From an uncultured Oligoflexia bacterium (GTDB lineage: Bacteria; Bdellovibrionota; UBA1018; CAZJVD01): a stretch of 64,000 nucleotides of DNA. Below the pieces are notes generated by a model. That model was not told the origin of the DNA. It searched no databases and saw nothing but the letters and a program-made list of their open reading frames with translations. Location: the NCBI GenBank assembly GCA_964549505.1, contig CAZJVD010000001.1, positions 108,719 to 172,718 of the forward strand, written 5' to 3'. The first letter of the stretch is position 1; every line of letters begins with the position of its first letter. A program made the position numbers and the translations under genes. Shown here piece after piece: positions 28,686 to 38,937 of the stretch.

Positions 28686-29585
28686 TCAACGACCTTTTTT
28701 CCTTCGCGAGAGTGGATGAAATGCTTCGTATTCTCTCTCGATCGCGGTCAGATCGACATGCGTGTAGCGCTGGGTCGTCCCAAGTTTTGCATGGCCTAGC
28801 ATCTCTTGGATAGCTCTCAAGTCAGCTCCGGCGGCCAAAAGGTGAGTTGCAAAGGAATGCCGCAACGCATGAGGGTTCACGCTATGAGCGCTGATCTTAG
28901 CTAGAATTTTACCCACACCCCGAGCCGAAAGTGCCCGACCGCTGTAATTCAGGAACAGACATGCGTGATCGAAACGGGAGCGCGCTTCGAGATAATCACG
29001 AAGCGCAGAACAGGACTTCCCGCTCAGCGGAACACGCCGCTCACGGGACCCTTTTCCGTGAACGCGCACCCATCCCTTTTCGAGATCAGCATCCGTCACC
29101 TTAAGGCCGACGACTTCAGCCAAACGCAGGCCGGAACCATAGAGCGTTTCGAGTAAAGCTTGATCACGAAGCGCGAGCCATCCATCACCTTTGTTTCGCT
29201 CCAATATTTCGCGTGCCTCCTCGAGCCCTAGAAATTTCGGCGTGCGCTTCGGTTGTCGCGGAGTGCGGATCGATTTCGCCAAGATACTTCCCGGAGCAAG
29301 GTCCAGTCCGTGTACAAAACCGAGAAAACTTCGAAGTGCCGCAAGCTTCCGCGCGATGGTGACAGGATCCAACTCTGCAAACTGGCGCCCCATCACTGCT
29401 CTCACCCAAGTACGATCGATGGGTCGATGGGTCGTGTGATCCCTCAACGACTTTGTCCAATCGTGGAGATCCTTGGTGTAGGTCCGGATGGTTTCAGGGC
29501 TGAGATTTCTGACGGAAGACGCGTGCGCCAGAAAGCGATCGACTAATTCGGTCCACAAGAGGGATTTGGGCACAGCTGATTTCAT
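28686..29585 (-). CDS. Tyrosine recombinase XerC/XerD family
   Basis: C-terminal catalytic tetrad context HALRHSFATHLLAAGADLRAIQEMLGHAKLGTTQRYTHV and the N-terminal SAM-like core-binding domain. Adjacent to trmFO, a synteny I recall from Bacillus. Confidence 0.85.
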   Translation of the reverse strand: MKSAVPKSLLWTELVDRFLAHASSVRNLSPETIRTYTKDLHDWTKSLRDHTTHRPIDRTWVRAVMGRQFAELDPVTIARKLAALRSFLGFVHGLDLAPGSILAKSIRTPRQPKRTPKFLGLEEAREILERNKGDGWLALRDQALLETLYGSGLRLAEVVGLKVTDADLEKGWVRVHGKGSRERRVPLSGKSCSALRDYLEARSRFDHACLFLNYSGRALSARGVGKILAKISAHSVNPHALRHSFATHLLAAGADLRAIQEMLGHAKLGTTQRYTHVDLTAIEREYEAFHPLSRRKKGR

Positions 29586-29693
29586 AAACAGTCTGCCTTA
29601 AATTTTAATCTTGAACCTAGGGCGTGTCCTCATTTGTTATGACCGCTCGTCATAATAAATGAGAACACGCCCTAAGCGTGGTAAAGCGAAGGC

Positions 29694-31073
29694 GTGATTT
29701 CAGGTACGACAAAGCCCGTCGACATCATCGGAGGGGGCCTTGCAGGGTCCGAAGCGGCTTTATGGCTCGCACGACGGGGCATCGCCGTTCGCCTCTTTGA
29801 GATGCGCCCTTACGTCATGACGGGCGCTCATAAGACGGGGTCCCTAGCTGAGCTTGTCTGCAGTAATTCTTTGAAGTCGAAGGAACCCAACTCAGCGCCA
29901 GCACGACTCAAGCGCGAGATGCACTTACTTGGCTCGTTCCTACTGTGTGCGGCCGAGCAAGCCTCCATCCCAGGCGGGCAGGCTTTGACCGTCGATCGCG
30001 ATCGGTTTTCACAGATCGTGAACGACGCCGTTCGCACGCACAAGTACATCGAGGTGATCGGCGGAGAATGTCCCGCTCCGGAAACGACTCACCTATCGTT
30101 GATCGCAACAGGTCCTCTGACCTCGTCCGGTCTTGCCGGATGGATCCGCGAAAACGTGGATGCATCGAACTGTTATTTTTACGACGCGATCGCACCGATC
30201 GTGGATGCTTCGACACTCGACTTTGAAAATATTTTTAAAGCCAATCGCTACGAAAAAGGTGGCGAAGCGGCCTATCTCAATTGTCCACTCGATCGCGAGA
30301 CGTACGAAAACTTTATTCGCGAGTTGCTCGCTGGCGAAAAGGTAAAGCCGAAAGACTTCGAAGAAGAACGTTTGTTTCAGGGCTGCCAACCGATTGAGTC
30401 GATCGCGGCAACCGGTCCTGAGAGTCTACGCTTTGGGCCGATGAAGCCGGTTGGACTGACCGATCCGAAAACGGACCGGCGTCCATATGCGGCGATTCAG
30501 CTGCGCGCAGAGAATGCAGCTGGAACGGCTTTTAATCTTGTCGGGTTTCAAACAAAACTCACCTACCCGGAACAAAAGCGGGTCTTTGCGATGATTCCGG
30601 CACTCAAGCATGCCGAATACTTTCGAATGGGATCGATCCATCGTAACTTTTTCATCAACTCTCCAGTGCTACTTGAATCGTCACTAGCATTGCGCAGCCG
30701 ACCGAACGTTTTCTTTGCCGGTCAGATCACGGGTGTTGAAGGTTACACTGAATCGATGGCCATGGGCCTTTGGGCAGCGATCGGGATTTTCTGTCGCTTA
30801 CGTGGACGCACACTCACGCCTCCGCCTGAGACAACGGCGATCGGAGCGCTTGTGAGGGCTGTGACCAAAGGAAACACCGAAGACTTTCAGCCCATGAACA
30901 TCAACTTCGGGATTTTTCCACCGCTCACCGAGAACGATCCGAAACCGCGTGGACGCGATGAAAATCGACGTTTCTTGTTGGAAAGGGCCGAGCGTGATTT
31001 TGAAGCGTGGTTGATGGAGTTTAAGTCCGCTTTAGATAGTACCGTACACTCGTCACCACACGATTCGGCGTAA
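29694..31073 (+). CDS. trmFO: Methylenetetrahydrofolate--tRNA-(uracil54-C5)-methyltransferase TrmFO (Gid)
   Basis: FAD fingerprint IIGGGLAGSEAALWLARRG. GidA-like core (LVCSNSLKS, GQITGVEGYTESMAMG). About 459 aa. Confidence 0.85.
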   Translation: MISGTTKPVDIIGGGLAGSEAALWLARRGIAVRLFEMRPYVMTGAHKTGSLAELVCSNSLKSKEPNSAPARLKREMHLLGSFLLCAAEQASIPGGQALTVDRDRFSQIVNDAVRTHKYIEVIGGECPAPETTHLSLIATGPLTSSGLAGWIRENVDASNCYFYDAIAPIVDASTLDFENIFKANRYEKGGEAAYLNCPLDRETYENFIRELLAGEKVKPKDFEEERLFQGCQPIESIAATGPESLRFGPMKPVGLTDPKTDRRPYAAIQLRAENAAGTAFNLVGFQTKLTYPEQKRVFAMIPALKHAEYFRMGSIHRNFFINSPVLLESSLALRSRPNVFFAGQITGVEGYTESMAMGLWAAIGIFCRLRGRTLTPPPETTAIGALVRAVTKGNTEDFQPMNINFGIFPPLTENDPKPRGRDENRRFLLERAERDFEAWLMEFKSALDSTVHSSPHDSA

Positions 31074-32862
31074 AGACAAGCGCCGCTCGAATGAGACGCG
31101 CGGTCTGATTATGGAGCAAACCCTGCCAGCGCGAGACCGTCACAAACTCGGGGATGACGACGGTGATTCCGTCCGGTTGAAATGTTTTTTCAAGATCGTC
31201 GAGATATTCCACAAGAGGCTGAATCACTGAACGCGATTCGCTCTGAACCATAACGAGTGGGACGTCTTCGCACCACTTTTCCCATTCCTTTTTCATCCGC
31301 GCACCAGCAATCGGGTCGATCTCGACATAGACCGCGCGCACATCTTTTGAGATTGAAAGAGCGTAACGAACGGCATCTAGAATGCCGCGATGGAGACCCG
31401 AAACAGGCACAACAACCATCTGTTTGATCGCGTCCATCTTCTTGAGCGGTTCGCCACGCAAGCGAAGCTCTGAACCTACGACCAGATAGTGACGATGGAT
31501 TTTCAAGAACATCCAAACCATCAGACCCAGCGCCAGCGGGACAACCCACACGCCATCACGACGAAGAGAGTACAAGATCACGAGAACCACCGTCGCGCAC
31601 ACGACAGCGCCTGCGCCATGCAAAAACGCTCGTCCCTGTGACTTCGGCTGTGTGCCGTCGGGTCCCCCGCGAATCGCGAATGCGACCATCCCAAGTTGTG
31701 ACAATGTAAACGCCGTGAAAACGGTGACCGCATAGTATGGGATCAAACGATGAACGTTCGCCTGTACGGTGAACACCACAGCAGCCGCAAGAACACCGAG
31801 ACCTAGAATTCCGTTTGAAAAAAAGAATCGATCACCACGATGAGAAAACTGTCGAGGTAGGTAGCGGTCATCGGCAACACGCGAAGCGAGCCATGGAAAA
31901 CCGTTGAATCCAGCATTCGCTGCTAAAACGAGTGTCATTGAAAAAATCACGAGAACGATATCGCGCCAAGCTCCATCACCTAAAATCCGAGTCGCGAGTT
32001 GAGCGAGAACAAACGCATGCTGAGGATCGCGCGTCCGAGGAGCTAGCTGATAAATCGTCGAGAGCCAGGTCACGCCGATAACGGCGATCACCAGCAAGAC
32101 ACCGAGACTACCAATGAGACGGGAGGCCCGAACACTCGCCGGGTGCTGAAAGCGTTGTACGCCAATAGCCACGGTCTCCAAACCCGTAAGCGCTACGCAG
32201 CCCAGAGCAAAAGACGTTAAAATCAATTGGATGCGACCGTCGCTCGGCTCCGGCAAAAGCGCCGGCACGACAGCGCTCACATCCCACGCGTGATAGGTCC
32301 CTAGACCCAGAAGCACAAGGACAGCAGCGACAAACCCCCAGGTGACCAACGTACTTAACCACAGAAACTCGCGATCCCGACGCAGATTGAGCATCGTCAT
32401 AAGCCCAATCAAACCGATAGCGACTGGCACACGCACATGTTCGAGACCCGACCACACTGGGAAGAGCATCTGAACACCGGCCGACACCGAAACGGCCAGC
32501 ATGAAGACAAAGCTCACCAGGAGTGCAGCCGCTGCCAGGAGACCCGGAAACACGCCCAGGTTCTCGTAAGCGACCCCATAAGCCCCGCCGGTACCGGAAA
32601 ACGTACGTACGGTGCATTGATAACAAACCACCAAGAGAATCGTCGTTATGGCAACCAGAAGCCCAACAAGCGGCGACCAGATGACAGCCCCTGTCCCTCC
32701 TGCCAAAAGTGCGAGCACCAGCGCATCCGTGGCATAAGCGACGGAACTGAGGGCGTCCGAACAGAGAACGGCGAGCGCCTGCGAGCCAGAAAGTTTGGAT
32801 TCGGACCCTGCGGTCGAGAGTAATCGATTGAAGAAAAAACGGTGCAGCCTGCTATCTGGCAT
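31021..32862 (-). CDS. APC-superfamily permease with about 150 aa C-terminal cytoplasmic extension
   Basis: About 12 predicted TM helices across the first 450 aa. Hydrophilic C-terminal domain (VVVPVSGLHRGILDAVRYALS...). Substrate not inferable. Confidence 0.5.
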   Translation of the reverse strand: MPDSRLHRFFFNRLLSTAGSESKLSGSQALAVLCSDALSSVAYATDALVLALLAGGTGAVIWSPLVGLLVAITTILLVVCYQCTVRTFSGTGGAYGVAYENLGVFPGLLAAAALLVSFVFMLAVSVSAGVQMLFPVWSGLEHVRVPVAIGLIGLMTMLNLRRDREFLWLSTLVTWGFVAAVLVLLGLGTYHAWDVSAVVPALLPEPSDGRIQLILTSFALGCVALTGLETVAIGVQRFQHPASVRASRLIGSLGVLLVIAVIGVTWLSTIYQLAPRTRDPQHAFVLAQLATRILGDGAWRDIVLVIFSMTLVLAANAGFNGFPWLASRVADDRYLPRQFSHRGDRFFFSNGILGLGVLAAAVVFTVQANVHRLIPYYAVTVFTAFTLSQLGMVAFAIRGGPDGTQPKSQGRAFLHGAGAVVCATVVLVILYSLRRDGVWVVPLALGLMVWMFLKIHRHYLVVGSELRLRGEPLKKMDAIKQMVVVPVSGLHRGILDAVRYALSISKDVRAVYVEIDPIAGARMKKEWEKWCEDVPLVMVQSESRSVIQPLVEYLDDLEKTFQPDGITVVIPEFVTVSRWQGLLHNQTARLIRAALVFTPNRVVTSVRYYLKRT

Positions 32863-32979
32863 GGGTGATTAAGGGTCACAATAGCAGAGCTGGCCTACGA
32901 TCAAAAAGCAGAATCGGAGCCGAAAACATCCGTGTTTTCGCGCTCCGATTCTTGTTAATTCTCGGAAAGTCGCCAGATC

Positions 32980-33771
32980 TTAGTGAAGGCGTGCTCTTCG
33001 CGAGTGGAGTTCGTAAAGTTCATCTTCGATGTGTCTTAGCTTTTTGTCGGACGTCTTGCGATCCAAGAAGCGAAGCTTAACAGCTTTGCCGCTGCTCACC
33101 GAAGCTACGCTGAGGCTGTCGCTAAGTGCATCAGCCAATGCGCCGTCGTTGAGAGCAAGTGATGTAGCACCGACTGTGGCGTCAGCGAACACTGCGAAAC
33201 CGCTCTTGCCCTTCTCAGCTGAGAAGAACGTACAAGCCGTTCCGTGCACGCTGTCCATTTTGAACTCGTCACAGATCGAGATTGGACCTACATACTTACC
33301 GATCGAATCGAATGCTTTGATTCTCAGAGCAAAACCGAGCATCGCAAGGCCGCTCGAAGCGGATGCGTAGACATCGGCTTTGTCCCCAGCAGCAAGCTGG
33401 ATGATCGAAGCAGGATCAAGTCCCGTGACTGGGATCGGATTGCCGTTTGGCATTGTTCCGCCTGAACCCGTAGCATGAGCGACTTCGGTCATATTGACCG
33501 AAACCGTCACGACGTTGTTCACGACACTGACTTGACCGATCTCAACGCCGTCTTTTGTGACCGGAACCGTGATGTTCACGATCGTGGCGTTACCTGTCTT
33601 CAGTTGCGAACTGAGGCTTAGAAACGAGTCTCCCGACACCGGATCGACCGATGTCGTGATAGCCACGTTCTTGAGAAGCGCTGAAGGTTTTCCACCGCTA
33701 CCGCAGGCCGTAAGACCTACGAGAGCGAGACCGAGCGCGGGAACAGCGAAGAAACGATTGAATGATTTCAT
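32980..33771 (-). CDS. Hypothetical lipoprotein
   Basis: MKSFNRFFAVPALGLALVGLTACGSGG signal plus lipobox. Beta-rich, Ala/Gly/Ser/Val composition. No motif recognised. Confidence 0.4.
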   Translation of the reverse strand: MKSFNRFFAVPALGLALVGLTACGSGGKPSALLKNVAITTSVDPVSGDSFLSLSSQLKTGNATIVNITVPVTKDGVEIGQVSVVNNVVTVSVNMTEVAHATGSGGTMPNGNPIPVTGLDPASIIQLAAGDKADVYASASSGLAMLGFALRIKAFDSIGKYVGPISICDEFKMDSVHGTACTFFSAEKGKSGFAVFADATVGATSLALNDGALADALSDSLSVASVSSGKAVKLRFLDRKTSDKKLRHIEDELYELHSRRARLH

Positions 33772-33944
33772 AACTACAAACCCCCGATAGTTTGTTAATG
33801 TTTTTTAACAGTACTTACTAATATACGCTATATCGATCATTTTGGTCAAATATTTAGCTGACAAAATAAATATATTATTGTCGCTGCGCGCTAAGAATAT
33901 AAGACTTTGATTTTAATGGATTTTAATTAAGAGCACTTAAGCCG

Positions 33945-35048
33945 CTAGGCGTTAAATCGGAAGAGCATCACGTCTCCGTCTTTGACGATGTACTCTTTAC
34001 CCTCGAGCCTAAGTAGCCCAGCATCGCGTATGGCTGGGACCGAACCGTGCTGCACAAGGTCCTCGACATGATAGACCTCGGCCTTGATGAATCCGCGTTC
34101 AAAATCCGTGTGGATCACGCCGGCGGCCTGAGGTGCACGCCAACCCTTCTCAATGGTCCAAGCCCGTACTTCTTTTTCACCCGCTGTAAAATAGGTCTGC
34201 AAGCCCAACAATCGGTAACCTTCGCGAATCACGGCGTACAACCCCGGCTCCGTCAGTCCGACTTCCTTTAGAAACTCGATACGATCACTTTCGCCAAGCT
34301 CAGAAATCTCTGCTTCGATCTTTCCGCAAATCGTAACGACCGACGACCCCTCTAACTTTGCATGCTCTTTGACTTCGCGGACCCAAGGGTTCTGATCGGG
34401 ATTGGCGATATCCTTTTCGTCGACGTTGGCGACATACATGACTTTCTTACCCGTGAGAAAATGAAACGGCTCGAGCAAGACCTTGTCTTCAGGAGAGATC
34501 GCTACACTCCGAACAGGGCGACCCGCCTCGAGCGCGGCCTTGACGGGCTCGATCACCGAAAATAATCGCGCAGCTTCCTTGTCAGCCCCGGATCGCGCAG
34601 CCTTCTGAATCGTGTTGTACTTCTTCGTGACCGCATCCAAGTCCGCAAGCATCAGCTCCGTATCGATCACCGCGATGTCACGCTTCGGATCGACGCCTCC
34701 GTCCACATGGATAACATTCGGATCACCAAAACAACGAACAACGTGCGCGACAGCCTGAGTCTCGCGAATATGACCGAGAAACTGGTTGCCCAACCCTTCG
34801 CCTTTCGATGCCCCTTTGACGAGACCGGCAATATCAACAAACGTCATTGTCGCAGGAACAAGTGACTTCGGCTTCACGCGATCGGCGATTTGCTGCAAGC
34901 GTGGATCGGGAACGCGCACAATCCCGGTGTTCGGCTCGATCGTACAAAATGGAAAGTTTGCCGCTTCCGCCTTGCCCGATGTGAGCGCGTTGAAAATGGT
35001 CGACTTACCGACGTTGGGAAGACCAACGATCCCGCACTTAAAGCCCAT
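33945..35048 (-). CDS. ychF: Ribosome-binding ATPase YchF (Obg-family GTPase)
   Basis: MGFKCGIVGLPNVGKSTIFNALT G1 motif. Central coiled-coil insert and C-terminal TGS domain. 367 aa. Confidence 0.9.
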   Translation of the reverse strand: MGFKCGIVGLPNVGKSTIFNALTSGKAEAANFPFCTIEPNTGIVRVPDPRLQQIADRVKPKSLVPATMTFVDIAGLVKGASKGEGLGNQFLGHIRETQAVAHVVRCFGDPNVIHVDGGVDPKRDIAVIDTELMLADLDAVTKKYNTIQKAARSGADKEAARLFSVIEPVKAALEAGRPVRSVAISPEDKVLLEPFHFLTGKKVMYVANVDEKDIANPDQNPWVREVKEHAKLEGSSVVTICGKIEAEISELGESDRIEFLKEVGLTEPGLYAVIREGYRLLGLQTYFTAGEKEVRAWTIEKGWRAPQAAGVIHTDFERGFIKAEVYHVEDLVQHGSVPAIRDAGLLRLEGKEYIVKDGDVMLFRFNA

Positions 35049-35670
35049 CTGTATCCTCTTTCGAATCCTTCGTTCGGGTGTTGAAACGGTTCATCGCGTC
35101 GATCGCACTGTTTTTAAGTGCAAATGTTACCGCGTCCGTCACGCGTTCCAGTGTTTTATCTAAAGTGTCCAACTCGTCATCTGAAAACGGCTCAAGAACA
35201 TAAGCGTCCGTCGGAAGCGCCTTTTTCCCGGATGCCAGCAGAGGCGGTCGCCCGACACCGATACGAATTTTAACGTAATCCCCACCGAGGGCTTTTAGAT
35301 GCTCGTCAAGCGATCGAATTCCGTTATGCCCGGCCGAACCACCGCCGACCTTGAGTCTAAACTCGCCTTTCTCGATGTCGACGTCATCATACAAAACGTA
35401 AATATCCCCTGCAGAAACCTTATAAAAACGCGCGACCTCGGAAACACTCGTCCCCGACAGGTTCATGAAAGTTTGTGGCTTCATGAGAAGACATTTTTCG
35501 CCGCTAACCGATGCTTCCCAAAGTTCCGCTAAGAACTTTGCACCGAGTTCGCGCGCACTCCAGACATCAATGAGCCGGTCAAGGGCAAGAAAGCCAGCGT
35601 TGTGTCGAGTTGTTTCGTAACGAGGGCCCGGGTTACCGAGGCCGACCAAGAGTTTCATGACCTGCTTCAC
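35038..35670 (-). CDS. pth: Peptidyl-tRNA hydrolase
   Basis: MKLLVGLGNPGPRYETTRHNAGF... canonical Pth N-terminus with catalytic His in HNAGF. GHNG further on. Confidence 0.85.
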   Translation of the reverse strand: MKQVMKLLVGLGNPGPRYETTRHNAGFLALDRLIDVWSARELGAKFLAELWEASVSGEKCLLMKPQTFMNLSGTSVSEVARFYKVSAGDIYVLYDDVDIEKGEFRLKVGGGSAGHNGIRSLDEHLKALGGDYVKIRIGVGRPPLLASGKKALPTDAYVLEPFSDDELDTLDKTLERVTDAVTFALKNSAIDAMNRFNTRTKDSKEDTDGL

Positions 35671-36623
35671 ACAAAGAGACTACTGAGACTGTCGTAGTTT
35701 TGAACACGATGGATCGTTTCAGCAATCAGATCTGCCACCGTTAGCTGAACTATTTTCTTACACCCGAGTGCCGAAGCGTGAAGCGGGATCGTATCCGTCA
35801 CGATCACTTGCTTGAGACCAGACTTCTCGATGCGCTCGACGGCCGGCCCCGAGAAAACTCCATGAATCGCAATCGCCGACACTTCGCTTGCACCCTGATC
35901 TAAAACCGCGTTCGCAGCTTCGGTGAGTGTTCCAGCTGTGTCGATCATGTCGTCTAATATCAACGCCCGCTTGCCTTTAACGTCACCAATAATGTTCATC
36001 GCTTTCGCGACATTCGCGCGAATCCGACGCTTATCGATCATCGCGACCGTGGCTTCGAGACGTTTGGCGTACGCGCGCGCGCGTTCGACACCACCTGCGT
36101 CCGGACTCACAATCACAAGATCGTCGGGATGCTGCCCAAAGGACGACGTACGGAGAAACTCCAGCATGACAGGCATCGCAAAAATATTGTCGAATGGAAT
36201 ATCAAAAAATCCCTGTATCTGGCCCGAGTGCAGGTCCATACCTACAACCCGCGTCGCTCCGGCTTTCGAAATCAGATCCGCAACAAGTTTGGCACTAATC
36301 GGTGTGCGAGGCGCGACTTTGCGGTCTTGTCGAGCGTAACCAAAATAAGGAATCACAAGATTGATCTCTTTTGCACTCGCTCGCTTGAGCGCATCAATGA
36401 TCACAAGAAGCTCCATGAGGTTGTCGTTCACTGGCGGACAGGTTGATTGCACGACATAGGTCGCGCGACCGCGGACGTTTTCCTGAATCTCGACCATGAT
36501 CTCACCGTCGCTAAAACGACCGATCTGTGCCTTGGAAAGTGGCTTCCCCAGCTTTTCACAGATTTTTTCAGCCAACGGGCGATTGGAATTACCCGAAAGG
36601 ATGAGCCAGTCCCGGCTACGCAT
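35667..36623 (-). CDS. prs: Ribose-phosphate pyrophosphokinase
   Basis: PRPP-binding loop ILDDMIDTAGTL. N-terminal domain pattern (ILSGNSNRPLAEKI..., FSDGE) and regulatory flexible loop. 318 aa. Confidence 0.9.
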   Translation of the reverse strand: MRSRDWLILSGNSNRPLAEKICEKLGKPLSKAQIGRFSDGEIMVEIQENVRGRATYVVQSTCPPVNDNLMELLVIIDALKRASAKEINLVIPYFGYARQDRKVAPRTPISAKLVADLISKAGATRVVGMDLHSGQIQGFFDIPFDNIFAMPVMLEFLRTSSFGQHPDDLVIVSPDAGGVERARAYAKRLEATVAMIDKRRIRANVAKAMNIIGDVKGKRALILDDMIDTAGTLTEAANAVLDQGASEVSAIAIHGVFSGPAVERIEKSGLKQVIVTDTIPLHASALGCKKIVQLTVADLIAETIHRVQNYDSLSSLFV

Positions 36624-36654
36624 CTTGAGAGGAACCTCCGGACTATGGATTATC

Positions 36655-38523
36655 TTAATGGACGTGTTTACTCAACGGAGATTTATGCCATGCAGTCGTC
36701 GTCACGGAAGCCGGATTATTCCTCCAAAAAGCCTCGAAATTCTTTAAACGTTCCCCGGTCTTGCGGTACTTGTACCAGTAATAATTTCTCATGATGGCGA
36801 ACACGTACTCACGTGTCTCGCGGTACGGAATGGACTCCACAAACTCAAGCATCTCCCAGTTCGGCGACGCAGCCTTAGCCCACTCCGCAGCACGCTGAGG
36901 TCCGGCGTTGTAAGCCGCTAGCGCCAAAACCCAGCAATCCTTGAACTTCGTGAGACCTTGGGCCAACACCTGTACACCCGTACGGACATTCGCTCGAGGC
37001 TCGGTGAGCGCCGCGATCGCGAGACCCGTGTCGATTTCGATCGCTGTCGAAGGAAGGACTTGTGAAAGTCCGAGAGCACCCGACGACGAGACAGCATCCA
37101 CATCGAAACCCGACTCCTGCTTAATAAGGCTCTGCATGAGAACAGGATCCACACCCTTCGCCAACGCCTGTTCCTCGATCAACTGGGCAAACGAGTTCGG
37201 AAACACAAGCCGCAAGCCGTGCGTGGAGAAGGTGTCGTGGTAACCGCGTTTGATCATCTCCGTCAGCGCTTGAAACGATCCGCCGTGACTGGCACTCTCC
37301 GACCCCAGCGTCGCAAGATACATCAAGAACTCGCTCGAAATCTCAGGCCGAACCTTAACGGCCGCTAACTCGCGATCCACACGATCGCGAACCCCCGCAC
37401 GCAACAACTCTTCGGCACGTTTCACACGTCGCGATTCATCCGCCGAAAGAAACCCATCACGCGGACTGACGCGCGGAAGACTGCTACTGAAGTAAGCATG
37501 AAGATCGATCTCTGCCGTCATTGCGGCCGCAAGTCCATAAAACGTTAATGGTGCGGTTTCGGCCACCAACTGCAAAAACGCGAACCCTTCCGTCCGATAC
37601 CCCATCTTGATATACGTCTGTCCTAACCAAAAACGCGCGCGCGCAAGATGAGCGGAGTTCGGAAAATCCGTCAGAAACGCTCGAAGTGCTTTCGAGCTCG
37701 CATCCGTATCGCCCTTGAGATGCAAATCAATCGCTTGATTGAGCGCCGCCAGATCCTGCTCGACCGTTGACTTATAGGTCTCGATTTTTCGCGCATAACC
37801 AAAGGATGGACGCTTAAGACCGTTGAACATCGGGAACCGCTCGCCAATGGCTTTGACTTCGAGTGATCCCGGCGGATACGCCAAGAAAATCTCGCGTAAA
37901 CGCGTCCGGCATGGAGGATCGGACCTGTCCGCCTCACGGCTTCGCACCTTCGAGCAGATCTGTGCGAACGCGCGGAGATCCTCGACCGTGGCTACCATCT
38001 TGAGATGGCCGTTCGTGAGTCGAGCAAACGCACCCAGGTAGCTTGAGAGCTCCTGGACGTGGTCGCGCTTCAGACGGTAAGCGCGTGCAAGTTCCAAATC
38101 GGCCACCGCGAGCATCTTGTTCTGGTCCTGCAACACCGGCGACGATGGATAGTTTTTTAAGATACGAAGCACGCAATCTTTCGCACGGTCTCCGCTCTGG
38201 ATGGCCTTGTCCGCCTCCCCTCGCTTCAAAAAAAGCGGCGCTTGTCTGAGAAAAATTTCATACTCAAGTTCGAGCCCAAGATCTTCGTAACCACTCACAA
38301 GTTTCAGTTTCTCAGCGGTGCGTAGGGAGTCGGTAAAAGCTTTGCGCGAAAGCTCGCTCCATCCACGCCCGTAGAGCAAGGCCCCCGGCGCTGAACTCTC
38401 GCTCTCGAGTTTGAGTGCCCACTCATCGAACTTCATGACTTCGTTTTCGCCGAGCGCCGATCCCACTAAGACAAACATCCCGACGACGATCCCTGCTGCA
38501 ATCACATCTCTGACCTGTCTCAC
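36655..38523 (-). CDS. Soluble lytic murein transglycosylase (Slt family; superhelical N-terminal domain + SLT catalytic domain)
   Basis: Signal peptide. Long helical-repeat domain. C-terminal SLT motifs ...IKQESGFDVDAVSSSGALGLSQVLPSTA...AYNAGP. Confidence 0.75.
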   Translation of the reverse strand: MRQVRDVIAAGIVVGMFVLVGSALGENEVMKFDEWALKLESESSAPGALLYGRGWSELSRKAFTDSLRTAEKLKLVSGYEDLGLELEYEIFLRQAPLFLKRGEADKAIQSGDRAKDCVLRILKNYPSSPVLQDQNKMLAVADLELARAYRLKRDHVQELSSYLGAFARLTNGHLKMVATVEDLRAFAQICSKVRSREADRSDPPCRTRLREIFLAYPPGSLEVKAIGERFPMFNGLKRPSFGYARKIETYKSTVEQDLAALNQAIDLHLKGDTDASSKALRAFLTDFPNSAHLARARFWLGQTYIKMGYRTEGFAFLQLVAETAPLTFYGLAAAMTAEIDLHAYFSSSLPRVSPRDGFLSADESRRVKRAEELLRAGVRDRVDRELAAVKVRPEISSEFLMYLATLGSESASHGGSFQALTEMIKRGYHDTFSTHGLRLVFPNSFAQLIEEQALAKGVDPVLMQSLIKQESGFDVDAVSSSGALGLSQVLPSTAIEIDTGLAIAALTEPRANVRTGVQVLAQGLTKFKDCWVLALAAYNAGPQRAAEWAKAASPNWEMLEFVESIPYRETREYVFAIMRNYYWYKYRKTGERLKNFEAFWRNNPASVTTTAWHKSPLSKHVH

Positions 38524-38918
38524 AACGCGTTCTCCTTGAGATTACTCAGTGCTGACCGACAAACGCCCATAGGCAACCACTGACAACCATCGCATGCCGT
38601 CGTTACCGCTTCGATATGGAATTTTTCCCGCAGAAGCGCTTTACCTTCACCCCAGCTTAAACGCTGTCCGCCTTCGAGCCCCAGGAGTTTCGCGTGTCGG
38701 CGATCCAGGCCGTCGATCTTCTCCTGCGAGACACACCCCTCTCCACGACGGTCAGGACAAGCGCCACAAATCGTATCGGCGACGGACACGATCTCGAGCT
38801 CCGTTGCATCGGTAAGACCGTTTTTGATCTCTGTGAAATTTCGAATGAACGCGGAATCATAACCCATACCTTCAAACCCCAACGTGCAGAGCAGATGGTG
38901 AGGACGAAAGCGGATCAT
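38520..38918 (-). CDS. Cysteine-rich hypothetical protein (132 aa; possible metal/FeS-binding)
   Basis: Nine Cys including CGACPDRRGEGC and CDGCQWLPMGVC pairs. Sits between the BMC operon and slt. No secure family assignment; I cannot verify a DUF1284-like guess. Confidence 0.35.
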   Translation of the reverse strand: MIRFRPHHLLCTLGFEGMGYDSAFIRNFTEIKNGLTDATELEIVSVADTICGACPDRRGEGCVSQEKIDGLDRRHAKLLGLEGGQRLSWGEGKALLREKFHIEAVTTACDGCQWLPMGVCRSALSNLKENAL

Positions 38919-38937
38919 CTAAAGCGCGTCCTCAGGG

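Noticed and set aside
28686-29585. The tyrosine recombinase as a marker of a mobile element or integrated phage
   Set aside because: The C-terminal RHRY context and the N-terminal core-binding domain match chromosomal XerC/XerD. Neighbours are housekeeping genes (dedA, trmFO). No att-like repeats or phage genes were seen. The xerC-trmFO adjacency is a conserved housekeeping synteny known from Bacillus.
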